This document shows positions 1-8,615 of a DNA stretch of 64,000 nt, one piece after another. The position numbers and the translations under genes are program-made. The notes below the pieces were generated by a model that ran no database searches, had not been told where the DNA came from, and saw nothing but the letters and a program-made list of their open reading frames with translations. Each line of letters begins with the position of its first letter. Within the stretch, counting starts at the first letter, position 1. The stretch is from a virus (Duplodnaviria; Caudoviricetes): the IMG/VR virus record IMGVR_UViG_3300030104_005071, positions 1,343 to 65,342 of that record; one strand, given 5' to 3'.

Positions 1-312
1 CCGTTGACGAGACAACTCATCAAACTTCTTTTGATACCCACGGGCCCAGTTTTGGTACTTTGTTTCAAACCCGCGAAGCATCGAGCCACGCATATTTTCG
101 TCGAGGCTGTTGAACCACTGCTCTTGCTTCAAGCTTTCAAGCTCCCCGTTCCAATCAAAGACCTCTGGTGCGGCCTCCAAGGGTGCCTCATTACTTTCTG
201 CCTGTGCCGCTTCTACTGGCTCAGACGAAACCTCTGAGGGTTCTGACTCCGCAGATGTCTCCGCGACGTCAGTCTGCCCACCTTCAACAGCTTCGTTGTC
301 CTCTTCCCACAT
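1..312 (-). CDS. Probable capsid scaffolding protein, N-terminal part (runs off the window; not in ORF track)
   Basis: ATG at 312 just after the stop of the upstream gene. Open to position 1: MWEEDNEAVEGG...FDWNGELESL...WARGYQKKFDELSRQR. Acidic N-terminus plus an RGYxxK helix resembles phage scaffolds. Confidence 0.6.
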   Translation of the reverse strand, partial: MWEEDNEAVEGGQTDVAETSAESEPSEVSSEPVEAAQAESNEAPLEAAPEVFDWNGELESLKQEQWFNSLDENMRGSMLRGFETKYQNWARGYQKKFDELSRQR

Positions 313-314
313 AC

Positions 315-794
315 TTACATACCTTCTGGCGGCATCATGTCACCTGGAGGCATCCCCATTGGGCCCCCAGCCATTTGTTCTTCCGCAGGTGGCCCACCCA
401 TTGCACCGCCTTGACCACGGGCTGCGACCATCTCAAGCTGCATGAGAACGTCAAAATCTTCTGCAATCATATCGGCTAACTCTTGGGGCGTCTTGCCAGC
501 AAGGTTAGGAATTTCTTGTGCTGCATCGTATAGAGATTGGGCTCTTTCTTCTGTCGCACCAAGCTCTTCAGTAAGAGGCGAAAGGTCAATACCTTCAGTT
601 GCTTCAGCTTCTTCAAGCTCACCTTCTTGTTGCTCCATAGCACCAGCTTCAGCCATGTCAGCCCCTTCCATTGCGTTTGGTGCGTCGGGAGCGCCTTCAG
701 CCATAGCTTCTGCATCTGCTTGATCAAGCAGTTGCTTTAGTACGTCTTTTTGCTTTGCGTCTTCTTCGGGAGATACTGATTGTTCTTCGGCCAT
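315..794 (-). CDS. Acidic hypothetical protein of the head module
   Basis: 159 aa, E/A/M-rich, SD AGGA, co-oriented with portal. Confidence 0.7.
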   Translation of the reverse strand: MAEEQSVSPEEDAKQKDVLKQLLDQADAEAMAEGAPDAPNAMEGADMAEAGAMEQQEGELEEAEATEGIDLSPLTEELGATEERAQSLYDAAQEIPNLAGKTPQELADMIAEDFDVLMQLEMVAARGQGGAMGGPPAEEQMAGGPMGMPPGDMMPPEGM

Positions 795-812
795 GGAATC
801 ATCCTATTTACA

Positions 813-832
813 TAGCGGTAATATTACCACTA
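813..832. promoter_or_regulatory. Imperfect 20-bp palindrome TAGCGGTAATATTACCACTA overlapping an extended -10 (TGGTAATAT, minus strand)
   Basis: Seen in the intergenic gap upstream of ORF 794. Confidence 0.4.
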
Positions 833-838
833 AGGTTA

Positions 839-1093
839 TTATTTTTGTTGTGTGTATTCCTGAAAAAGATCAGGTCTCATTAGTTCAAAAGCAGGATTGA
901 CTCCGATTGAACGAATAAATTTATTTGGTACGGTAATTCTTTCTCCACTAGCTCTATCTTCAATTACCTTCGCATCTCTAAGCGTATCGTCTTTCACTTC
1001 TCGTAGTGATCGATTTTTCTGGCCCGAGATTAAATTCGCGTATTCAACAAGCTCTACGTCAGATAGTAGGCTTCTTTGACTTGGGTCAGGCAT
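839..1093 (-). CDS. Hypothetical protein
   Basis: 84 aa, SD AAGGAG. Confidence 0.65.
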   Translation of the reverse strand: MPDPSQRSLLSDVELVEYANLISGQKNRSLREVKDDTLRDAKVIEDRASGERITVPNKFIRSIGVNPAFELMRPDLFQEYTQQK

Positions 1094-1102
1094 AACAACT
1101 CC

Positions 1103-2590
1103 TTAGAATCTACGACCTGGCCGACCCATTGCTGGTTCGGGTTCAGGTGCCTGCTCTTTTTGTTCTGGAAGGACAGTAGTGTCTAAGCCACGAGACTTTC
1201 TAATCCCTGTGACGTGGTCAAATGCTTCTTTCGACAGCACATCTTGATTAAACAAGGCTGATGCTAAAGGATAGTCGTCTTCTGCAAGTCGAATACGTGT
1301 AGCCTCGTTTAACTCTCGTGAGTCTAAAGGCTTATCCAGTAAGCGAGAAGCGTTACCTAAAGTATTTGCGAGTGGGATGTCGAATGTTCCTGTTCCCGGC
1401 TCTTTTCCGATTCCAGTTTCAAACATCATTTCGTATGGTCCTGCTAAGGCCAGCATAGCCAAATCTGTTGGGTCTGGAATAACCGTAGCCGCCGCAGCAC
1501 CACTCTTAATTGCGCCTTTCATAAACTCGGGCCGTCTACGGACCAAGGTTTTCGCTACCTGGCGCTGGTCTAAATACCTCTTAGCGTTGTCTAAGCCCAT
1601 CTCGATTTTCTTACCGAAGTCATCTGCGACCATCTTTCGGTACTGATCTTCGAATTGAATTCGTTTTGCTTCGTCGTATCTAGGCTTATTGGCCTGACGA
1701 TTACGTTTATCCTTCTCATAAGCCTCGTCGAAAGCACGAACGTGTCGTTTCCCTGACTCTTGTGATACGTCATATTGTTTCATTCGAGCGGCCACTCTTT
1801 CGTCAAAAGAGCGCGAAGGATCATTGATAATTTTATCTAGTTCGCGCAATTCGTTAACGGCCTGGAAATCACTGGACTGAAAATTAATAAAATCTTCAAG
1901 ATAGGTACTCGGTTTTCCGTATTCTGTATTGAATCGAGCCATGCCTACTCTTCCTTCGGAACGACTCGTTCTATTAGGCGCTACTTCGTCTAAGATGTTG
2001 CCTAATGCGTCTATCCGTGCGGCCCTTTCTTTGGGGTCCATCGTTTTAACAACGTCTGGATTGTTGAGGTTTTCAAACTCTTGCATCAATGGCACGGTTC
2101 CCTCGGTAACGTAATCAAACAATTCCCCCAAATTCGGGTTCGACTTACCCGGCGTCTTCATGTGATCGCGAAAACGACTGCGGCCTTTGTAGTCCAATGG
2201 CTGATGTGCACCACTAGGCGCAAACTCAGGAACATACAAGTCTTGTGACTTTAACGCTGTCTGAACACGTCGTTTACCTGCGGAAGTTTCGCTTGCAGCC
2301 TGTCGTTGTTCGGGGCTACCAAACCCACCCTCTACCTCTGGAATGTCAGGGGGGTCTTGAGCGATAAAAGGTGACGGATCATCAACATCAGCTTCAAACA
2401 GAGCTTGTTGGAAGTCTAATTTTTGTTTGACCTTATCTGCGCCAAGTTTTGCGCCGTAGTATCCAGCGGCACCGGCAGAAGCACCGGCTGCACCAATCGC
2501 GGCAGCATCTGTAGCGTCCAGAGCTTGTGTCTGCTCCTTACGCTTCATCTCGTTGATTATTTCTTGTGGTTCGTTGTTGCCTTTTTGCAT
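1103..2590 (-). CDS. Hypothetical protein, possibly virion-associated
   Basis: 495 aa, charged helical with Gly/Ala hydrophobic patches; start overlaps upstream stop (TAATG). Confidence 0.7.
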   Translation of the reverse strand: MQKGNNEPQEIINEMKRKEQTQALDATDAAAIGAAGASAGAAGYYGAKLGADKVKQKLDFQQALFEADVDDPSPFIAQDPPDIPEVEGGFGSPEQRQAASETSAGKRRVQTALKSQDLYVPEFAPSGAHQPLDYKGRSRFRDHMKTPGKSNPNLGELFDYVTEGTVPLMQEFENLNNPDVVKTMDPKERAARIDALGNILDEVAPNRTSRSEGRVGMARFNTEYGKPSTYLEDFINFQSSDFQAVNELRELDKIINDPSRSFDERVAARMKQYDVSQESGKRHVRAFDEAYEKDKRNRQANKPRYDEAKRIQFEDQYRKMVADDFGKKIEMGLDNAKRYLDQRQVAKTLVRRRPEFMKGAIKSGAAAATVIPDPTDLAMLALAGPYEMMFETGIGKEPGTGTFDIPLANTLGNASRLLDKPLDSRELNEATRIRLAEDDYPLASALFNQDVLSKEAFDHVTGIRKSRGLDTTVLPEQKEQAPEPEPAMGRPGRRF

Positions 2591-3051
2591 TACTTATTTC
2601 CTACTAATTGTGCAGCACTTTTAGTTTCCTTGCGACCTTCAGCGGCAAGTCGCTTGTCATGAGTAGAGATCTCTTTGAGAATCTTATCATTCAAGCCCTT
2701 AGCTTTCTTCCGTTGCCAGCTACCGTGCCTGATTGTATCAAGTCTTTCAGCTTTTTGTGAGGCACTTTCGCCTTCAATGTTGATTCGTTTGTTCGGGAAT
2801 CGTTCTTGAATTGTAGCCATGCACCGATCGTAGTCTTCTTTGGTTTCGGCTTTGCCGAGAACGCCGAAGTCGACTGCGGCGAATGACCCTGGTCCTTGAC
2901 CATGGATAGCGTAACGTAGTCCGCGAAAACTCATTTTCCGTTTGCTGCCGCACTCAGGGCAGTCTGGTGGTCCTTCTGAGGTACGATAGAACACCTCGTA
3001 CTCAAAAAAGTCACACCCCGTACACTCGAGATTATTTTCTTTAAAGCTCAT
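2590..3051 (-). CDS. FmdB-like zinc-ribbon protein
   Basis: N-terminal CTGC...CPECGS then FxxxxxxIHG, typical of this family near phage portals. Confidence 0.65.
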   Translation of the reverse strand: MSFKENNLECTGCDFFEYEVFYRTSEGPPDCPECGSKRKMSFRGLRYAIHGQGPGSFAAVDFGVLGKAETKEDYDRCMATIQERFPNKRINIEGESASQKAERLDTIRHGSWQRKKAKGLNDKILKEISTHDKRLAAEGRKETKSAAQLVGNK

Positions 3052-3335
3052 CGTTTACGTCGCCCCCCAAGCGGTATCGTGTACTTAACAGAAGCAGACT
3101 TTTCGTCGCCTATTGGATCAACATCAAACTTTAATGACCCCGCTGATCCAAGATTAACCTTACCTTTGTAGATCTCTTTAAGAACGTCTTTTAGGGCTAG
3201 TTTTCGTTTCTTCAAAACTTCTGGAGCGATAGTGTTTTGAGTGTTGAACGGTTGAATAGTTTCTTCCGTTTCGTCCTCTTTTTCCTCGGTTTCTTCGTCC
3301 TCTTCCGCCTTTTTCTTTTTTTCTTCGTCGCTCAT
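3048..3335 (-). CDS. Hypothetical protein
   Basis: 95 aa, ATGA overlaps on both sides. Confidence 0.65.
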   Translation of the reverse strand: MSDEEKKKKAEEDEETEEKEDETEETIQPFNTQNTIAPEVLKKRKLALKDVLKEIYKGKVNLGSAGSLKFDVDPIGDEKSASVKYTIPLGGRRKR

Positions 3336-3547
3336 TTTTTCTTCCCTGATTTAATGGGGATTCGAAGATTCGTTGAAGCACTTAGTTGCTTACCGTTGGT
3401 GTACTCTTTTGGTAGCTTTGGTTCACCGGCAGGTAGGACATGAGTTGCTGGTGCTACTTCGACACCACGAATTTTCTTAAGCTTTTCGTGCAGAGTCGTT
3501 CGAAGTGCTTGCCGTTTTTGACCTGGACTAAAATCAGTAAGTTTCAT
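3332..3547 (-). CDS. Small basic hypothetical protein
   Basis: 71 aa, Lys-rich, ATGA-coupled. Confidence 0.6.
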   Translation of the reverse strand: MKLTDFSPGQKRQALRTTLHEKLKKIRGVEVAPATHVLPAGEPKLPKEYTNGKQLSASTNLRIPIKSGKKK

Positions 3548-3783
3548 CGTTTCTTTCCTTTGTGCAAACCGTGTTTGGCGTGTTGCTTTCCTTCTCGAGT
3601 AGCTTTTCTTTTAGCTCTTGTTGCCGCAGCTAATTTTGATCGTTTTGTTGCCTTAATGGTAGCTTCAGGAGCATAGACCTCACCAGTTGCTTTTGGTCCT
3701 TGAACACTGGGCTTACCAGAAGGTGTACGCCATTTTTGTTTTGTCCAAGTCTTTAGCGACTGCTGTGGTTTCTTCAAAGCCAT
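3544..3783 (-). CDS. Small basic protein, C-terminal half of a DUF5872-like family
   Basis: QQSLKTWTKQKWRT...YAPEATIK...KRKATREGKQ. Confidence 0.6.
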   Translation of the reverse strand: MALKKPQQSLKTWTKQKWRTPSGKPSVQGPKATGEVYAPEATIKATKRSKLAAATRAKRKATREGKQHAKHGLHKGKKR

Positions 3784-3968
3784 TAGTCTTTGTATCCCCC
3801 GCCAGCACGTTTGTAAGCGGCAGCAAGTAGTTGAGCTTTACGCGCTGACCATTGACCAGGTTTTCCACCCTTGCTTCCAGATTTAATCCGAGAGAATTGT
3901 TTCTTACGCATCGTAGGCTTGGTGTAATTACCTGCTTCGTTTACCTTACTTTTCTTTTTTTCGGCCAT
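3783..3968 (-). CDS. Small basic protein, N-terminal half of a DUF5872-like family
   Basis: NYTKPTMR...SKGGKPGQWSARKAQLLAAAYKRAGGGY; start moved to ATG 3968 (TAATG overlap). Confidence 0.65.
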   Translation of the reverse strand: MAEKKKSKVNEAGNYTKPTMRKKQFSRIKSGSKGGKPGQWSARKAQLLAAAYKRAGGGYKD

Positions 3969-4384
3969 TAGGCTGCTCCTGCCCAGATAATACAGACTCT
4001 TTGAGACGCACACTTAAAGTCCAAAGCAGAGCAGTATCCTAAGTCGCCCGCATTTACCGCAGCTTCGGGGTCACCTTCGTCTCCAATACCCATTTCAATG
4101 CACTCTTTCATACTGTCCGATGTGTCAAAAAAACTACAGTTACCGCAACGCATAGTCATTACGTTTTCGACGGTGTCATTGAAACGATCAGCATAACGTT
4201 GCCAGAATTCTTGATTGCCTCCTTCGGCATCAAGTCCAGGATTAGCTGGCCCGTACTCTTTCGTGTCCAGTGCATTTTGACGATTGTCTAAGTTTAGCTC
4301 TACGTTTTGAGTAGCTGCTGGGCAGGAGTCAGACTTCTGTGCTCCACGTCTCATTTCGTCCATCATGTCGTCGTATTCAGCCAT
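3968..4384 (-). CDS. Cys-rich conserved phage protein
   Basis: CPAATQ...YGPANP...RCGNCSFF...GYCSALDFKCASQRVC; start at ATG 4384. Confidence 0.65.
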   Translation of the reverse strand: MAEYDDMMDEMRRGAQKSDSCPAATQNVELNLDNRQNALDTKEYGPANPGLDAEGGNQEFWQRYADRFNDTVENVMTMRCGNCSFFDTSDSMKECIEMGIGDEGDPEAAVNAGDLGYCSALDFKCASQRVCIIWAGAA

Positions 4385-4692
4385 TACCATTTCACCTTGT
4401 CTGCCCAATACGCAGCACTCAATTTTCCTTTAGCAATGTTCTTGCGGTGTCGAGACTTAAAGCTTTTGCGTTTCTTCTTCATGCGATCAGACTCGCCCGA
4501 CTTTGGTTTACCTGCGGTGCTTGCGCCTTGCTCACCAAACCGAATCAACTTGAGTTGACTGCCTTCTTGAGCCAGCACGATGTGACTTTTTGTTGGGTGT
4601 TTAGGTGTACGTTTAGGTTTATTCACGCCTTCAAGGTTGTGTTTCTTGAGTAAGGACGCTTTACGTATCTTATCGCGTTTAGATAGTGCCAT
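4384..4692 (-). CDS. Small basic protein (DUF6321-like)
   Basis: NKPKRTPKHPTKSHIVLA...LIRFGEQG...RKSFKSRH...SAAYWADKVKW. Confidence 0.65.
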   Translation of the reverse strand: MALSKRDKIRKASLLKKHNLEGVNKPKRTPKHPTKSHIVLAQEGSQLKLIRFGEQGASTAGKPKSGESDRMKKKRKSFKSRHRKNIAKGKLSAAYWADKVKW

Positions 4693-6479
4693 TACGCGTC
4701 ACCGCTTCGAATGGGTGCGCCCCCACCCGCAGGTAATGCCGCTTCAGGTATAGGTATGTCGACGCCTGTTTTCTCTGCGATAGCATCTTTAAGTGCTTTG
4801 ACTTGTTCGACGGGCATACTTTCCATAGCGGCAGCTAATTCAGCAGCTTTCTGAGCCTCAATGAATGGTTTACCACCAGCAGCGCCACCCATTGCGGCTT
4901 GTTGTTCTGCTTGTATCATTGCTTGTTGCGCCTCTGCTTCTTCTTGAGCCATAGCTTCAAGCTCAGCTTCAGGGATAATGATTCGTCTTGAGAGACCCAT
5001 ACCCGATATGATTTCTTCGGTAAGTTTCCGCATATCGACATTTGGATTCTCTGCGAGGAATGGAATCATCTGAAGCAGACTTTCGATCATTACGCTTGGG
5101 TTCTTTCGAAGTGGGTTGTATGACACCATTTCGAAGTCCATTTGGACATCTCTTAAGTCTTTGTGCGCCAATTCCGACCAGCGACGATCACCCGCGATAC
5201 GAACGAGACGAGGTTCACGCATATACTTTTTACTGAGGTAAAAAGCTTTTCGCGCAACGTCTTCGATGGCGTCGTTAAGGTGTCCTTCTCTTGTAGCGAG
5301 TCGGGTTCGCATTTGGGCGTCAATGATTGCCATTTCTGTTGCGGTTCGAGCACCGACAACCTGTCCTCTGGCGGCTTCAGCAAGTGCTGAAATAAAAGCA
5401 GCATCGTCTTCCTGGCGGGCAACAAATTCTTGTACGCCTGCGGGGTTTTGTGGTTGGGGCATCTCGTAAAACAGAGTTGCCAATGTCCGTAAACTTTCAC
5501 TGTTTGATGGGTTGATACCGATAAAAGACCCGGCGCTAGCTTCTACCGCTTTGTTCAAGTCTTCTTCGGTGATTCGACCTGAGTCGTAGAGTACTCGGGG
5601 AATCTGAAGATACGTGATTTGCTTCATGTGAGTGAGCAGATCATTAATTGTTTCTTGTTGCTTAAGAACAAGTTGTACTTCGCTGAGACCCAAACAATCA
5701 ATACCCGACTGGTTGAGGCTGAACATTGAGTATGGAATGTAGTCAATCTTATCTTCGAACACCACAGCATCAGCTTGCTTGACGTAGTGTTGAATCAATC
5801 CGCGTTCACGATCGTAGTATTCATAGATTGTCACCCATTGAAACGCATCACGGACTTGTTGTGTGTTGCTTTGTTGGGTTCTGTCCATCAACCATTTTGG
5901 GTATCGATCAGGTTCGACACTTTCGACTAATTCAGCTTTGTACAGACCAGAACGGACTCGTTCTTTAAACTCAGCAAACGGAATAACTGTAGCTTCAATC
6001 CAATATCGAATGTCGTCTGGATCTCTTGCTGTAAGGTCGAAGAATACCGTAGACGGGTTTACGGCACGAATAATTGGTACATCTCGTTTTGCGTCCCAAC
6101 CAGTCTTAAAGATTCCGCGTTTACAAAGAACGGCGTCAATCAACGCCGTTGATGCTTTGCGTCGAAACTTGTTGTTTCTAAAGATGTACTCAAGTAGTCC
6201 AGTAATCGAGCCTGCGGCATCTTGCGATTTAGGTGTTCGTGCGACGGCAGCAACAGATGGGTTGGGTCCAAGTAGGGCGCTTACAGCGGTATCAGCAATT
6301 GCGTAGATTAAATTCTTCGAACACAGAAAAGCATCCATCCGAGAAGAACCGAGATCTGAATCTGAGCTATTAAAGAAATCGCCACGGTAGTATCTACGCG
6401 CCTTGTCAAACTGAGTCTTCTCAGACCGTTTGTAATAGTCGAGATGACGATCAATCAATTTTGATAGTTTGGATGACAT
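4692..6479 (-). CDS. Portal protein (P22/podovirus-like)
   Basis: 595 aa; GIFKTGWD, VFFD, TATE motif, Q/A-rich C-terminus; adjacent to TerL. Confidence 0.85.
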   Translation of the reverse strand: MSSKLSKLIDRHLDYYKRSEKTQFDKARRYYRGDFFNSSDSDLGSSRMDAFLCSKNLIYAIADTAVSALLGPNPSVAAVARTPKSQDAAGSITGLLEYIFRNNKFRRKASTALIDAVLCKRGIFKTGWDAKRDVPIIRAVNPSTVFFDLTARDPDDIRYWIEATVIPFAEFKERVRSGLYKAELVESVEPDRYPKWLMDRTQQSNTQQVRDAFQWVTIYEYYDRERGLIQHYVKQADAVVFEDKIDYIPYSMFSLNQSGIDCLGLSEVQLVLKQQETINDLLTHMKQITYLQIPRVLYDSGRITEEDLNKAVEASAGSFIGINPSNSESLRTLATLFYEMPQPQNPAGVQEFVARQEDDAAFISALAEAARGQVVGARTATEMAIIDAQMRTRLATREGHLNDAIEDVARKAFYLSKKYMREPRLVRIAGDRRWSELAHKDLRDVQMDFEMVSYNPLRKNPSVMIESLLQMIPFLAENPNVDMRKLTEEIISGMGLSRRIIIPEAELEAMAQEEAEAQQAMIQAEQQAAMGGAAGGKPFIEAQKAAELAAAMESMPVEQVKALKDAIAEKTGVDIPIPEAALPAGGGAPIRSGDA

Positions 6480-6500
6480 ACCTAAACCTTGTGTCGATTA

Positions 6501-6785
6501 CTAATCTTTCTTCGTACCGTCTTTGTTAAAGAATCCACGAACCACAGCAGACTGATCGTAGACTTTCTGAAACTTCTCTAACGCTTCGCCCTCAAGTGGT
6601 ATGCTAGTATCTCTCGCAGTCTTAGCTCCACCTTCTCTAATTTTGTCTTCGGCGTTTGCTAAAGGCTTAGCGTCTGCAACAACGTCACCTGTTTTGGGGG
6701 GTACTGTTTTCGGCTGAAAAGTGCTTCTGTCAGAATCCTTTTTAGCTGGCTCAGCCTTTGATTGTTGATCGTATGTGTTCGCCAT
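6501..6785 (-). CDS. Hypothetical protein
   Basis: 94 aa, SD GGAG, between TerL and portal. Confidence 0.6.
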   Translation of the reverse strand: MANTYDQQSKAEPAKKDSDRSTFQPKTVPPKTGDVVADAKPLANAEDKIREGGAKTARDTSIPLEGEALEKFQKVYDQSAVVRGFFNKDGTKKD

Positions 6786-6787
6786 TA

Positions 6788-8437
6788 CTATCTCCAAGTT
6801 TGTGATGCGGGTGAGAACGGAGAGATCGCACCCTGTCGTTTTTTCCGCTTGTGATCGTCAAGCTGCCTGATTGTAACTTGTCCGATAGTATATGTGTTAT
6901 CAGTTTCTTTTGCAGGCGCAGTAAATCGTCGTTTCGAAAGAATATCTGCTGCCATAACAGCGGTTCGTGCCCTATCGAAGTGGTGAAGTATTCCATCTTC
7001 ACCCCGTACACGCTTCTTTCTTGAACCATCGTAGTTGAGTAACTGATGTAGCGTTCCACGACTTTGTATCTTTATGTCTTTTTCGCGGAGCATTTGTACA
7101 AGTCGGGCTTCAGATTCCTGAATTCTTTTTTGTGTCGCGTACCAACCAGGATGATTGCGATCAGTCCACAACAGGTTCCGTGTGCCTTGATCTTTCAAGA
7201 TAGCAATACAGGCTGTTGCGTTAGACTCGACGGCCAATAACGCTTGGTTGTACCGTAGTTGAATCTGTTTAAGTCTTTGCGCAAACCTATCAGGCGTTTC
7301 TCGGTCTTCCCAGAATGCAACTTCTTTCCAGTCAATCGCGTCCCATACAGTGAGTGCTGACTTATCACCTGTGCTTCCAAAACCTGCTGGGTCAGCGGTA
7401 ATTAAATACTGACGCCCTGGCTTTGGCCCTTCAAACTCGTGGCACCCCCACGCAGACATTTCGGGGTCAGCCTTTGCCTCTGCCAACCAAGGCTTGAGCA
7501 CATCGGCAGGCATTACTGGGTTCGTTGTTCCCAACCACCCATCGTACGGGTCTGACGGGTATTTGCATGAAAACAGTCTCGAGTCACCAACAAACTCTGT
7601 ATTTAACCCCCGACGACGAAACGCAAGATTGTTCCTGTTCATCCCCTCGTGACGCTGCAAGTATTCTTTCTCCGTTACAGTAGGCTCAAAGTTTTCTACT
7701 ATTTCTTGGCAGCTATCGTCTTCCCACCACTCCAAGAACAAAGGATGAAACCTACTGGTTCCCTCTAAGGCTGACCGCCACATTTGCTCGTGATGAGATC
7801 CGGCTCTACCTGGCGTGGACTCAAGAATAACTTTTGCATTAGGACGTTTGTTTACTGTGGGGAAAATGTTGATTGCTGCTTTACGCTGCCATTGTGCTTC
7901 ACCGAATTCTGTGATGACAAGACGATCAATTGATCGACCAATTGCAGGAGATCTTCCGCCAGCCGTCAACACTTTAATTCCACCCCCGTGGATAAACTGC
8001 ATTTGTGTCGCACCTGCTTTCTTGCCTGGAGTCAAAGGCATCTTTACGTCATCGGGTAAACGGTTGTACGCAAACAAAATACGCTCAAAAATATCTTCTG
8101 CTGTATCTTGTCGCTCTGCGATCAAAAGACCTTTGACACCGCTAAGGTACATACAGTCTCTAAGTAAAAGCATAACTGAGACGGTTGTGATCTTAGCCTG
8201 ACGAAACTTGTTTACCATAAGCCAACGATTTTCGTCGTACGCTTTTAAGAGTTTCTTTTGCGTATGCGTAGGCTCCATGTAGCCTGTAGATTCATCTTCT
8301 CGGACAATTTGACACATTGAGACAAACGCATCGGGCGTAGCAAACATCGCTCGAATTTTGCCTTGATGTAGTCCTGGGGCTTCAGCAAACTTAGCGCCAC
8401 CAGTTTTAGTATCTTCAGTTTCTTTTTCATTAGCCAT
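6788..8437 (-). CDS. terL: Terminase large subunit
   Basis: KxRQ Walker A (KFRQAKITT), GRS, Walker B-like LVITE, coupling motif LESTP, RNase H-like ADPA, AVESN. Confidence 0.9.
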   Translation of the reverse strand: MANEKETEDTKTGGAKFAEAPGLHQGKIRAMFATPDAFVSMCQIVREDESTGYMEPTHTQKKLLKAYDENRWLMVNKFRQAKITTVSVMLLLRDCMYLSGVKGLLIAERQDTAEDIFERILFAYNRLPDDVKMPLTPGKKAGATQMQFIHGGGIKVLTAGGRSPAIGRSIDRLVITEFGEAQWQRKAAINIFPTVNKRPNAKVILESTPGRAGSHHEQMWRSALEGTSRFHPLFLEWWEDDSCQEIVENFEPTVTEKEYLQRHEGMNRNNLAFRRRGLNTEFVGDSRLFSCKYPSDPYDGWLGTTNPVMPADVLKPWLAEAKADPEMSAWGCHEFEGPKPGRQYLITADPAGFGSTGDKSALTVWDAIDWKEVAFWEDRETPDRFAQRLKQIQLRYNQALLAVESNATACIAILKDQGTRNLLWTDRNHPGWYATQKRIQESEARLVQMLREKDIKIQSRGTLHQLLNYDGSRKKRVRGEDGILHHFDRARTAVMAADILSKRRFTAPAKETDNTYTIGQVTIRQLDDHKRKKRQGAISPFSPASQTWR

Positions 8438-8514
8438 ACGGTAACTTTATCATGTAAAGACTTTTTCGACGAAAGTGTTTGCACTTTTAGTTTCGATAAT
8501 GTAAACCTTAAACA

Positions 8515-8573
8515 CGCACCTAATATGCGGTTGGGTAGCCTTATATGGTCCAGCGGAACGCACCAGGCAGGCG
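8515..8573 (+). promoter_or_regulatory. Structured 5' leader of the major capsid gene, downstream of promoter TTGCAC-N17-TAAACC
   Basis: Nested stems TGCG/CGCA, GTTGG/CCAGC, GCC/GGT. Confidence 0.45.
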
Positions 8574-8615
8574 GTAAATCGTTTATTTTCTTCAATTACT
8601 TTATGTGAGAACAAT

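Noticed and set aside
4-479. Plus-strand ORFs at the left edge
   Set aside because: Antisense shadows of the minus-strand scaffold-like and acidic genes.
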